The notes under the pieces were generated by a model that was given only the letters and a program-made list of their open reading frames with translations, searched no databases and was not told where the DNA came from. Both the position numbers and the translations under genes were made by a program. DNA of 64,000 bases from positions 558,001 through 622,000 of the forward strand of contig JAYWIR010000004.1 in NCBI GenBank assembly GCA_036172245.1, written 5' to 3'. Each line of letters begins with the position of its first letter. The stretch's first letter is position 1. Source of the stretch: Raillietiella orientalis. Taxonomy: Eukaryota. Shown here piece after piece: positions 49,500 through 61,250 of the stretch.

Positions 49500-50600
49500 A
49501 GGTTAGTTTCTGTTGGAGACCAGCTGCGGGTATGGGCACGAACTGGCGCGAGATCCGTTCTACCGAAACCGTACGTTCTACTGTACATTTCCCGGTGCAG
49601 GCGATTGCGGCAGTCTGCACAGCAGGACGAAGGCAGCAGCTCGCGCAATCCCAACGAGAGAGGCTGCCGTCCAGAGAGACATCTTTGTTTCGAAAACAAC
49701 GTGCTTTCGAAAGAGGATACCTCGGAGAAACCAGAAGAGTTCCCCGTTTGGGAAAGTCCCTCTGGAAGGAGAGCTTCTGAGTGCACTCCCAGGTACCTCG
49801 GATAGCGAGAAACTGCGTTCAAGGTGCCAGAGCCACGAGAGTTGCTAAATGCTTGGGACATCGGTTCACTGCAGCAAGGGCGGATTGGGTGCCCGCGGGC
49901 CGTTGGCAGCTCTTTAAAACTCGCCCTTGAGAGCTGAGAGGAGATCTCGGGTCGCCAAGAGTAGGGTCTCCCTTTGAAGGCGTCCTCCTAGATGTCGCTC
50001 AGGCTGCAAGGGTGGATCCAGTCACCCCCGACACAACCCGTTGGAAGCACCCCTACTTATGGCTGCTGCATCAGCTGCGCGAGTGGGTCTTGCTGCTGCT
50101 CCACAACAAAACAGAAACTCTCCCTCTTAGGGAAGTCCCATCGCCACGTGGGAGTCCCGACCGCGAGATCCGCAGACGAGAACCCTTCAGGAATAGAGAG
50201 GGGATCACTACTCGACTCGGAAGGGTGACGAGATGCCACTACTCCTACTGAGATGAAGAGAATGCCTCACGCGCCCAGAAGCATCCTTTTCCCCTTTTTT
50301 AGGTCCAGGTCTATAGCGTTCTTCGACCTCGAAGATTGCGGGATAAGTGGGGAAGAAGAGATGGAATTCGGAAAGTTTTGTGTTCAAAACGAACACGGGG
50401 AATCCGATGGTGCTATGCAGAGACCTTCATCCGCGAACCTGGCAGCACTGTTTTTGGTGAACTGCATTTTCCAGGAGCACATTCTCTGGCAACACTGTCA
50501 CGGGCGGTGAGTTGATGGTGAGCTGTCGGTCCTGCGGGACGGAGAGCGAAACTTTTCTTCCAGAAGAGCTTTCTGTTAGCAACAGGGAAAGAGAGAATCC
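49500..50600 (+). mobile_element. Possible decayed MULE-like transposase relic
   Basis: DTTRWKHPYLWLL...VLLLLHNKTE (ORF 50012..50251) and VNCIFQEHILWQHCH (ORF 50253..50510) resemble consecutive parts of the MULE DDE core. Confidence 0.3.
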
Positions 50601-53600
50601 AGCGGTCACGCACGATCAGCATCTGCCCTCTGGCACCTCGCAGCTTCCTTCCTCTCTCAAAGGAGGAGCTCCAAGAAGTGAGTTGCAGCTTCTTCTATAA
50701 AGGGGGAGGTGAAGATCGAACGCCCCTGCAGCTTGCAGCCTGCAGCCAAACGATGGCTCTCCTCAGCCACGAAGCACTCCCGTTGCCAGCGGCGGCAGAG
50801 CGGGACCTCCGGAGAAGGAGCGACGCCCACGCGTGGCATCCCTGAGCGCTGACTCTCACCCGGAAGTATGCATCCCGGGGATTTCAAGAAGCTGCCGCCG
50901 CCTACAGGAAACCCTTGGCGGCCCGCTGCGACGCGTGGCAACCGTAAGCATTCAACAGCCCGCGGAGCTCCCAGGAAGGTGCGTTCGGAAAAGTTTCGAG
51001 AACGCGCTGCTCGCGTTTCCTGCTGCGCTCTTCCTCCGTGAGCGACTTGATGCCTCCCGGGAAGGCGGCCGTTCCCAGACAGCCATGCAGGGCCTCCCAT
51101 CTCGTCTCTGGACGCTGCCGCCTGGGAACCCTTCTCCCAGTGGAATGGCGCGAGCCGCTGCTGCCTCGTCCTACCGTTCCCCGGCCAGCCGATCTCCGTA
51201 CGCTGCAAGTCCAAGGGCTGGCTGCGCGCATGCGTAGAGCTGAGCTCCTTGCCTCGCGCACCCGCCTCCCCTTGCACGCGCGAGTTTTGCCCCTTCTTCC
51301 CTTCCCTTCCTGGGTTAGTCGTCTGGGGATGGGGAGAAGCGAGGGGGAGGGGATGAAGTGGATTCGATGGGAGCTCCTGAGGCGTCCCAGTGCCTCTCCA
51401 GCCAGCCTCTCGAGCAGGGCAAGCGAGCGAACGCTCATTCGGGATTCGCCTCGAGGGCCTGGACAGGGCTCGTCACCGAAAATCCGGAAAGAGGGGAATC
51501 CCGGAAGAAAGCAAAAAAAAAAAAAAAGGGGGGGGAAGAGGGAGGAGAAGGGAGCCGAACGCGGTCGGCGGGACGGGGTGCTCTCGAAAGCCGCGCCCCT
51601 CCCCATTCACGCGCGCCGCGAACGATTAAAAGGTCATGGCCGCGCTCAATTACCTGCGATCGGGTACCATGCTTCACCGATGAACCGGGACGGCGCTTCC
51701 GGGACTTTCTCGCTGCGCTTAGAAATGGAAATAGAATCCTAAACGTCCTGTTATTACCCCCGGGAGGAGGATACTCATTTCGGAAAGCAGGATCCCTGAA
51801 AGGGATGAGCGCGTTCGCCGCGCCGCGACGAAGGGAGGAAGACCTGGAGCGCGCGCGCCCGGGGGCTGGAACGCTACCTCATGGAGGCCCAGCTGCGGAG
51901 ATCTGGCGCTCCGACCGAGAGCCTCGGAGATGAAAAATCATCCTCGCACAAAGACGGGACGCGGAGCGGAATATGATTAATGGTGACGTCTCCAGGAAAA
52001 GGATCGGCTCCAGGATGACAGGGGAAGAAAAGGAGGGAAGCCGCTGGAGTCGTCCACGTCGGTTCCTGGAGCGGATCCCCATGAAATGGGGTGAACTCCC
52101 CGAAAGAAACTGCCTGGTCCTCTTTCTTTTCCTTTTTTTTTTTCCTTCCTTTCTTCTCCCTTCGTTTTCGTTTCGGAGAGGAGGAACGGAGCAACAATGG
52201 GGTCTCCTGGATTCTCTCGTGGCGCGCACCAGGGAGAGGTTTGCGCGTCGTCATGGAGCTCGGAGGCATCCGCAAACAAAACGGCGTGGTGTGCGGGCGC
52301 TCCGAGTTCCCCCAAGCGTGACCGGCGCGGCGTTCCCAGCCCCATCTTGGGCGAGGTGGCGCGCGCGCTCGCGGCTCCTGGAGTACACGCACGCAGTCAA
52401 AAGCTCCGCCTCTCGGTTTTTCTCCCCGAGAGACCTTCCAGGAGAATCGCCAGCCTGCAGGAGCAGAGGGTCCCACCTCCTCCCCTCCAGACGTGAAGTC
52501 GGGCTCTGGGGAAAAAAAAGATGAAGGCGAAAGCAGCGCCAGTAGGAGGGAAAGCCTTGCAGGAGACGCTGGAGATCCTCTGCTAGGGAGGCTGGCAAGA
52601 GAAGGGAGCAGGCACGGTCAGTCCAGACTTCCAGGTGCCTGCTGAAACCATGGGGACGCGAGCAGCGGAACCGAAAGGAGAGGAGCACCGCGGAAACGCA
52701 CGAGCGAGGACCTGCGTCTTCCTTCGTCGTCTCCTGGAGTCGCCGCAAACGGGAAGAGGCGTCGTCAAATGGAGCTCGTCAAAGCAGTCCCAGAAAATTT
52801 CAAATAGCCTCCGCCCCAGGGGCCGCTCTTTGCCTGCCGACCGTGGTGAGGAAGAAACAAAGGGAAAAAGTGGTCACTCTTGCTGTCATTCAAGTGTCCT
52901 GCGCGGAAGATCGGAGATCTCCCTGAGGGAGGAAACGCGGGAGAAAGTCGAGGTGAGGTCAGGCAAGTTGAGTCTTTGAGTGACATCACACAGCGAACGC
53001 CTGACCTCAAAGGGAAGTCAGAGAGCTCAGGCCACGTCGCAGAGGCGAAGGACGGGAACCGGAATGGACCATACCGAGGAGGAGGAGTACGGAAAAACGA
53101 GAGGAGAATGATCTCCAGCAGAAGGTGCTCTTCGGGGGAGTCGCTCTCCCTGGAGAAAGTGGCTCGGAGGAACGCGCTGGCGTTGTGAAGAGCCCTTGGA
53201 AGTTGTCGGAGGATACCCCAGCTCGACTATTCCAAGGACGTGCGAGCTCCGGTGCGGGGAGGGGAAAGGGAGAAGAGAAGGAATCCTGGAGTTCTTTGGG
53301 GTGAAGGCTCCGAGGATTCCTTCTCACGGGATTCTATCTCCCAGGATTTAATCCTCCTGCCCCCCGTGAGCATTCCTAGAGCGCGAGGGGAAGGGACGCT
53401 TCGCAGGGAGCGGCTGCGGCTGCGCTAACTCGCGGGGGCTGCTGCCGTCTCCTTGCGGGAACCCATGATGGAGAGCGACCGGCCCAACGGCGGCGGCAGG
53501 TGTCCCGCAATGTCTCTCCCCTCCTCGGGAAGCCATTCCTTGGGTGCTGTTCAGGAGTGCGCGTTCACTCTCCTTCTCCTCCCGACAGCTCCACGTCCAG

Positions 53601-54515
53601 CGACGCCGTCCGTCACACTCCCCTTTTTCCTCCCCCTTCCTCGCCTCTTCGCCTCCTTAGGGACGCTAAAGGCCCTCGGGGTCAGATCAGTCCCCGATAG
53701 TCATCTGCGAAATGAGCCCCAGGAAAAGCAGAAGAGCACGCACCCACCCCCTGCCACCTGCTGTTTACTGTAGCTGCCGTGGGAGACGGCTGGGGAGCGA
53801 GGGGAAGCCCTGGACGACCCCTTGTTTGCTTGTGACGACCTCCTGACCCCTTTCTTTGGCTCTTTGACCGCTCACCCTTCCGATTCCAAGGGTCATCAGC
53901 TGAGAAAAAGAGCCTCTTTCTCCTTGGTCCAGCCTTCACAGAATCCCCGATCCTGTTATCCATCCGTCCTCCGCTTATTCCCTTTCCTTTTCCTTCCATC
54001 CTCCCTTCCTCCTCCTTTATCTCTTTCCTGTATCCTCCCCTCTTTCTCCTCCTGCGTTCTTTCTTTTCTCCCTTCACAAGACAGTGCCATCTGGACGGAA
54101 GGTGCTGTGGGGGACCGCTGGCGCAGACGGCACCCACCGACTGTCTCGACCTTTCTTCCCCCGTGCGGTGCGCGCATCGAGCGATGCTTAGGACGCACGC
54201 TCTTTTGACACGTGGTTTCCTAGCGACCCTCTGGCTCATAGGGCGTCCACGCGAGGTATCGAAAGTAGCTACTCTCAAGAGAAGAGCTTCCTCTTTCACG
54301 ATTACCGGGAAGCTTCCCCTCTCTGAGACTGAAACCGTGAGTCACTTTCGGGAGGCAGGAGATCCCGAGCGCCGCTCCTCGGAGGCTTCGTTGGCGGGAT
54401 CATGCGGCTGCCAAATGCTTCCTAGGAAACGTCTTTCAGCAAACGAGAGGACGGGCTCCTCCAGGAGCCAGTGTCGCGTTCCCGGAGGAGATGCGGGGAG
54501 CCGGGTCAGATCTAC

Positions 54516-55006
54516 CCGCGTCGGAAGCTTTGTGGTTAAGGCTTCCGCGCGTGGCACCATGCGTCGCGGGTTCGAATACTCCGGCAGAAACTCTGACGCC
54601 ACTGCGTCGTTGGGTTCCGAGTTTCTCCTGCAATGGCGCTGGTTGGCCGAGACATTCGGGCGTGGCACCGGCGGTGGATTAAGCCGGAGGTCCCCGATGA
54701 AGGTCGGAACAATGGGAGTCGACTTCCGGGTCCTTCCAGGAATCAAGGAGTTGGGAGTTCCCCCTCCTGTCGTGCAACGGAGAGCGGACCCCCCCTGTTG
54801 CGGGGGACCCTTCGAGTCGCCATCTCTTCACAGGGTGCAAGGAAGCAAGCGAGAGAGATTCCTTGCGGAAAGCTGCAGCGCCCCTTCTGAGTTTTGGAAG
54901 CGTCCCTTCGGGGTTCTCTTCAGAAGAGTGAACAGGAGCGGTTCCCTTGCGGGTTCCCTCCGGAGAAGAAATTCCTGCTAGCGGATCCTTTCAGGGTTCC
55001 CTTCGG
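54516..55006 (+). mobile_element. tRNA-headed SINE-like repeat, copy D
   Basis: CCGCGT...TGTGG...GCGTCGCGGGTTCGAATAC (box-B-like, 54568-79), TCCTTCCAGGAATCAAGGAG (54731-50) and a 3' body closely matching copy A. Confidence 0.7.
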
Positions 55007-56459
55007 GGAAGTTGAAACTCTCGTGAAGAAGCTAGTGAGACCTCCTGCCTTTTTCTGAGGGGGGGGGGGGATCCCCGTCAGGAAAGGGGAAGCAGGTGAA
55101 GGACCCCTTTGCAGCTGGGAAAGGAGAACGACTCGTGGACGGTTGACCCGTGTGATAGGAAGAGAGCACACCGACACTTGATTTCCGGCTTGGCACAAGC
55201 TCCGTGTCAACCTCTCTAAAGGAAAAGGGGGAAGTAAAAGGGAGGAAAGGGTGAAAAAAAGGGACTCTTGCCTTGCTGGCGCGTTCGCCTCGAGGCAAAG
55301 AACAGGACCACCGACCTCGACCCCTTCCCTCCCGGAGGCAGCGCAGCGGTCCGCTTTTCTCGGAGCGCACCGGAAGACCTCCATGGAGCTCCCTTCCCTG
55401 CATCGCGTGGGTCTTCCTGCCGTCCACCATTCTGATAGCACGTCGGAAAGCCCTGACGATTCTGCAGAACTTCCTCCCCCCCCCCTTCCTCTCCTCTTTC
55501 CATAGGGCCAAAGCCGGGTACAAAGGTCGTGCGTCTCGGGGGAAATTCCCGCGCATGCGCTTGCGTGTGCGACGTCACACCGGCCCACCTTCCACGGCTG
55601 AGAGCGCCGGGAGTGCTCTCACTCCGGGAGCGAACCCGGTCGAGTGCGGTGCAGCTGTGGGAGGCGCTGCCGCGTGTTTCTCGCCCACCCGAGGAACGCG
55701 GCCTAACTCAGGTGCCAAAGTAAGGATTCATCCGGGTTTTATTCCTCCTTGATAGGGAAGGGAGGGGAGAGTGAAGCAAGGACCCTCTCGGGGAAAGCTT
55801 TCTTCCCCTCGCTCTTCCACTGAGGTCAGATCGATCGCTCAATGTCCGCTTTTTCTTCCGGACCCGCTCCCTCCTCCTGCCTGCCCTTCTCCACCCATTC
55901 GCGCGGATCCCCTCGGGTCGTTCTTCCCCCTGCCACCACAAGGAGTCCCTCCTTCCTGGCAGCCCTTCCCAAGGCGGAGCCGCGTGTTCGGAAGAAGGAA
56001 GTCCTCGCCGCTGGACCACCCTCTTGGAGCGCGCGCCTGACACCCTTCGGGGAAAAAGGCCACCTTCGTGGAGATCTCCCTCTCTCCGTCCTGCCCGTCA
56101 GGGGCGCTGGTCTCTGCTACTCGCGTTCCGAGGAAGGGCCGCGTCGTGACGTTGCCGCCTACGAGGTCCTTGCGCTCCCTCCACCACTGGAAGTCGTGGC
56201 GCTCCCGCCAGTGGGCACATTGCCTCGAAAGGAACAGGGAGCTGCTCTTCCTCCTCCTTTTTCTTTCTTTCCTCCTGTTGCCTTTTTTTTATTCCCCCTT
56301 CGTCTTCCAGAATCGCCTACCGCGACCCCGATGAGGGGCGTGCGTCCCCTGTCCGAGCAGTCACTGGAGGCCCCTCCTTCGTGGCTCCTCCCGAAGCAGT
56401 TTCTTCCTCCGTGTGGAGGGAGCCGCCTGCGTCCCAGGACCAGCGGAGGCACCGTGCCT

Positions 56460-58987
56460 ATGGGGATCGATGGCGAGCTCGAGAACAGGGGCTCCACTCT
56501 GTGGCCCTCCCGAAAAGCGGCGGAGGCGGCCGGGGGTGTCTGCCCCGTGGTGCGCCCGTCCCTCTCGCTGTCGGAGCTGCAAGACGAGGGGATCGACCGC
56601 TGCGCCTGCGACCAGAGCTCGGTGCTGCAGTGTCCCGACCGCCAAGGAGATTCCGGATGTTTCCTCTTGGGCGCCGGAGAGAAAAGACCCTCAGGCAGCT
56701 TGGACTTCTCTGCTGCCTCACGGTGGCGGCTGAGACACCGACGCAGGGTCAAGCAGGTTCTGAAGGGAACCCTCAACTTCTCCAAGGCGAGGGCACTGCT
56801 CCTTCTGCTCTCTCCTGCGGGAGCCTTCCCCACTCCGAGTCGCCGCAGAGGTTCGGCGCCTACGAATGCCCCGGAAGGCGACGGAGGAAGGGAAGAGGAC
56901 GAGGAGAATAAGGAAAACGATCCGAGACGATCTCGTGCCTGGTAGGTCGCGCTTTTGTCGAGGAATGCCGTGCGCGTCTTTCGCTGGCGGCGGTGCTCAG
57001 CTGGCCCCTCAGACGGACGCTGGGCGAGTTCTCACCTCGTAGAACGTCCGTCCGACGTGCCATGTCAGCAGCGTTCCATTCCTCTCCTCCTTCTGTCTCC
57101 TCTGGAGGGAGCAGTCATCCTGACGCTCTTGGCCCCAGATGGGGCTGAGAAAGCAGAAGGTTCCCAACTGCCTCCCTGCGACCAGGCAGTTCGAGCAGAG
57201 GAACCTGCTTCTGACCTCAGTAACTTCTCTCTCCTTCCCTCTTGCGCCTCCTGGGCGTACAGGTCACTTCCGGTGAGGACGTGGATGGAAGATCTGAGCG
57301 CTGTGTGCGAGCCAGAGTGCCTGCACCTCCTCCAGAGCAAGTCCCTCTGCACAGACGCCTACGGCGGGGCGGTCAGCACCGTGCGAAAGGCCTACGAAGG
57401 CATCCTGCGCGCAGCTGAGCTCTCGCACAAGATCGAGAGGGCGCTGCGGGGAAGCGGAAAGAGGGATCTCTCCAACTCTGGGGCTGTTGGCATCCTCTGC
57501 GACCCCTCCGTGGCAGCCTTTGTAGAGGATCTCCGTCGCGAAGTTGACCATGGCACCAACCTCCAGCAGGTGACCACCTGCGGTGACCGCGAGCTACGAC
57601 CGCCTCCCAGGCACAGCAAAAGGAGCCACCTGCACTCCCTGGTGCTGCCTGATGAAGCGCCCGCAGACCGGCGGGTGAGTGCCTTGGGCAAGGCGGTGCA
57701 CCTTGCTCTGGAGATCAAGGTCAAGGTAAGCAGCTCCTTTCTCAGAAACTTGAGGTTGGAAAGGCGAGGAGGAGGAACTGTGGATCCTCCTGCTTTATCG
57801 CCCTCCTCCTCGTCTTTCTGGCTGACTTCGGCTTCTGACCATTCCCCCATCATCTCTCTCGCTGCAGGGGCTACTGAGCTACCTGGATGGAGCCTCCAGC
57901 CAGCGCGCTGCCGCGGCTCTCCAGTGCATCGCCGGTCTGGCGTCGCAAAAAGCGCCCCAGGCGGGCGAGGCGCTGCTAAGATGCGGGTGCGTCTCTGCCC
58001 TTCTGCGAGTGTCCGCCTCGCTGGAGGATGCCCGTCTGAGGGCGATGGCCCTACGTGCGCTGTCCGCTGTGTGCCGCCTTGCAGACGGACGTGCCCTCTT
58101 CTTCGCGGGTGGTGGCGCTTCCGCGGTGGCTGCCGTGCTGTCTGGGCCGGGGAGTAGTCCCCAGGAAAAGGAGGAGGCCGCGGCAGTGCTCGCCAGGGCC
58201 ACTCGCGGGCCCGGTTCCCGCGCTCTGCGCCCTCTTCTGCCTGTGCTCGTTTCGGCTATTACCGGTAGGAACGCCTCCCGTCCTTCCTGGACCAGTTCTT
58301 TCCCTGCCCTCCTTCCTTTCCTTAGGTCTGTGCGAGGAAAGCGTTTCTCCCCGGACGTTTTTGATGGCGGCGGCGGCACTGGCCGCGCTGACTTCCCTGG
58401 GTGCTCCAGAGACTGCGAGGCTCGTCCTCGACCACGGAACCATCGGTGCCGTCGTGCGACAGTTGCAACGCCACGGGGACGCCTCGAGATTTTCCCAGGA
58501 CCAAGCAGCCACTGCGCTGGCCAACCTCGCGGGGGACCCTCGAGCCGCCGAGGTCATCGTCGAGGAGGGTGGTCTGCTTCTGCTGCTACGTTACCTGCAC
58601 CTGCCGCCAGGGCACCCTCCGGTGGACGGAGCCCAGTGGGGGCTGCTGCAAAAGTCTCTGGCCGCCCTGTGCAGGTGAGCGGTCTGCGCGAGATGCTCCC
58701 TGAGGATCCCACCCTCACTGACTCCCTTCTTCCCTGTAGGCTATGCTCCCACCCGAGGGCTCTAAGGGAGATCGTCGACTTCAAGGGCCTACAGACGGTG
58801 GACGGGCTGCTCAGGGAGTGCCGAAGAACGCAATGCCCTCCCGACGTCTCCCGAGCGTGCGAGGTCAGGAAGCTCTCCCTTCCTTTTTCTCTCTCCCCCT
58901 TCCCAGCTAAAGTCCTGACCCTTCCAGGAGCTCTCCGAGACGATCCGTCGCTACATCAGGAGCCAGAGGGACCCTCCCTCCACATAG
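56460..58987 (+). CDS. INSC: Inscuteable homolog (spindle orientation / asymmetric division adaptor, armadillo-like repeats), multi-exon
   Basis: VRTWMEDLSAVCEPECLHLLQSKSL matches the Insc LGN/Pins-binding signature (V..WMEDL....E.EC...LQ.K). GT-AG exons ~57263-57725, 57868-58264, 58326-58674, 58740-58863, 58928-58987 splice in frame giving ALRALSAVC...EAAAVLA.AT...LCEE...FLMAAAALAALT...DQAATALANLA...QKSLAALCRLC, colinear with Insc. The 5' exon(s) and the start at 56460 are uncertain. Confidence 0.85.
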
Positions 58988-60199
58988 GGACTGCCCCACG
59001 GTCGTCCGGAAATACATGAGAGACATCCCAGACCGAGAACCTCAGGGTCATGGGGTGAGGGCGAGGTGGCAAGGGCTTACGGAGGACCCTCTTCTCTTGA
59101 GTTTCCGAGGGAACGTCTCACAGGGAAACAGGACAAATACGGGGTGGGACAGCTGCAGAGATACCCCTCTGCGCCGCTTCCGAGAGCGCACGCTCCCCAC
59201 GCGAGACATCGAGGGCGGTCCCCTTACATCCCCATCTCCACGTGGCCCACAGCACGCCACTGGAGAGGGCGCAGCACACGTGCGTACCGACCTCGCCTTG
59301 CTTTGCCAGCCCTGAGCTCCTTTACCTGCAGGTCTGTTCGCGCGGAAGAGCGGGCGCGGCTTCGTTGCCGCGCAGCGGCGTGTGACCGGCGATTTCACGG
59401 CGAGCTCGCGGCTGATGCGTGGGAGCGGATCTCCCCCTTTCTCTCCCCCCTCCACCTTCATGAATGGGGAAGAACCGTCGGCAGCCACTCCCACGTCCGG
59501 CTTCTCGAAGGGAAGGCTGCCGTTGCCGTGGAGAATGGCAGGAAGGTGGCGTGGGCTCTCGGAGGAACGCCGCCGCTTTTCTCCCTTTCATCCCGGAGGG
59601 GAGCCCGTGGTAGGGAGGAGCTGGAGTCTATGGGGGAAGGGAGAGACGCCGCCTGCTCCCCCTCTCCTACAGACAGGAGTTCTCTCATTCAGCCTCCTCG
59701 ATGGGAGGGACCACTTGGGAGCATCCGCACCAAGAGGCGCCCCGGCTGGCAAGGGACGCCATCGCGCGTCCGCAAATTCTTCTCCCTCTCCTTTCCTCCC
59801 GCACTTTTCATGGGAATAAAGCGTACCGACCGACCAGTCGTTGCGTCGCGGCTGAAGGGAGCGAGCAAACGCGGGACAGACTGGCTGGCTCCTTCCTGCC
59901 GGTTGCCGCTGCGACTCCCGGCGCCACCTTCCCTCCCCTTTCCTGCATCAGTCGCGCGATGGCAGTCGAGGACGAGAGACCTCCGGCTGGAGGGGGTAAG
60001 AGCGAGCCCCTCTGCCCCGGGTGAGGGTCGAAGCCTCTCCGAGTCGCCATTTTCCCTTCCGGCGGGGTCCGCTTGCTGGCTGCAAACCTCGCTGCCATGG
60101 GTGGCAGTAGCGCTGACTCGGCCCCCTCAAAAGAAAAAAAAAGCCCTCATGAGGAACACCTTCAGCCTGGTGGGTATTCTGGAGACCGCCGGGAGGTCA

Positions 60200-61250
60200 G
60201 CGAGATCCCTGTTGGGGAGGAATTTCCCCATCAGCCAAATGTTCTGACGACAGGTTGCAGCTGCAGTGCCTTCCAAGAGTCCGGAAGTCTCTTGGAAGAT
60301 CTGCGATCTCTTGGAAGTCTTCGACGATGTCCACGATAAGGACAATGTCCAAAGGCAAAGAAGTGGCGAACCCGGAAGAACGATCGCCCTCGCCTCTCCC
60401 GAAGAACTGGTTCAGGTTGCAGGCTTCGCTCCTCTTGCTCCGTCGAGAGGATGGAGGGGGGGGAGTTCTTCTGCGTGGGGCATGGCGGAAGGGTTCTTGC
60501 ATTCCGCCCGTGACCTCGCGACTGACCCTAGAAAGCTGCTGGGCTGGAGGGTAGCATTGGCACCTGGAGAAAAAGAGAATTCGGGGTGGCTCTCGCATCA
60601 TACGAAACCGGCAGAAGGCAGAGGACTTCCCCTCTGTCTTCAGCGATCTGGAAGAACACTCCTAGGGCACCTCCACAAAGGCACGGGCGAATAAGGGAGT
60701 CATCCTTCTCTTCTCCACTGGATTCCTCAGGAGGGCGTAGATGGAGATGGCAGTGGCAGAGCGGCGCAGCGGCCAACAGCGGCGAGACCAAGGGGGAGGG
60801 TGGAGGGGAGATACTGAGCATAGGGATCCATCTCCTTGGCGCGCTTCAAGAGATGGCCCTCCGAGCATGCATACGCGGCTATGTTCCTTCTTGCAGCGCT
60901 CTCTGGGGTATGCGGATTGGGGGATGGGGATGTATCGGTTGACTCGAAAGCGCTCTCATCCCGCGCGCTAGAATGCCATCTCTCACTCAAGAACCTTCTA
61001 GTCGACGGACTGTTCGAGGACGACCCTCATGCAAAGTGCCTGGAGGGCTGTTGCGAGGGCTGCATGGGTTCAGCGGGTCCCACCGCGTCTACCCACCTCC
61101 CACTCGAAGTGGATCAACGACGGCCACGAGAGAGGGAGTGCCTCGCGGAACTCCATGGAAGCGCTACCGCCGAAGATGCTGTTCCCAGTCGTACTACAGG
61201 AATCTCGCAGGAGCCCTCGCCGTGGGATGGACACCGGAGGGAGTCTGTGG
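60200..61250 (+). mobile_element. Possible decayed MULE-like transposase relic
   Basis: EMALRACIRGYVPSC (ORF 60586..60942) and W.....SRNSMEAL (ORF 61029..61349) resemble the 'AL..AI...FP' and 'NN..E' MULE motifs in the expected order. Confidence 0.3.
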
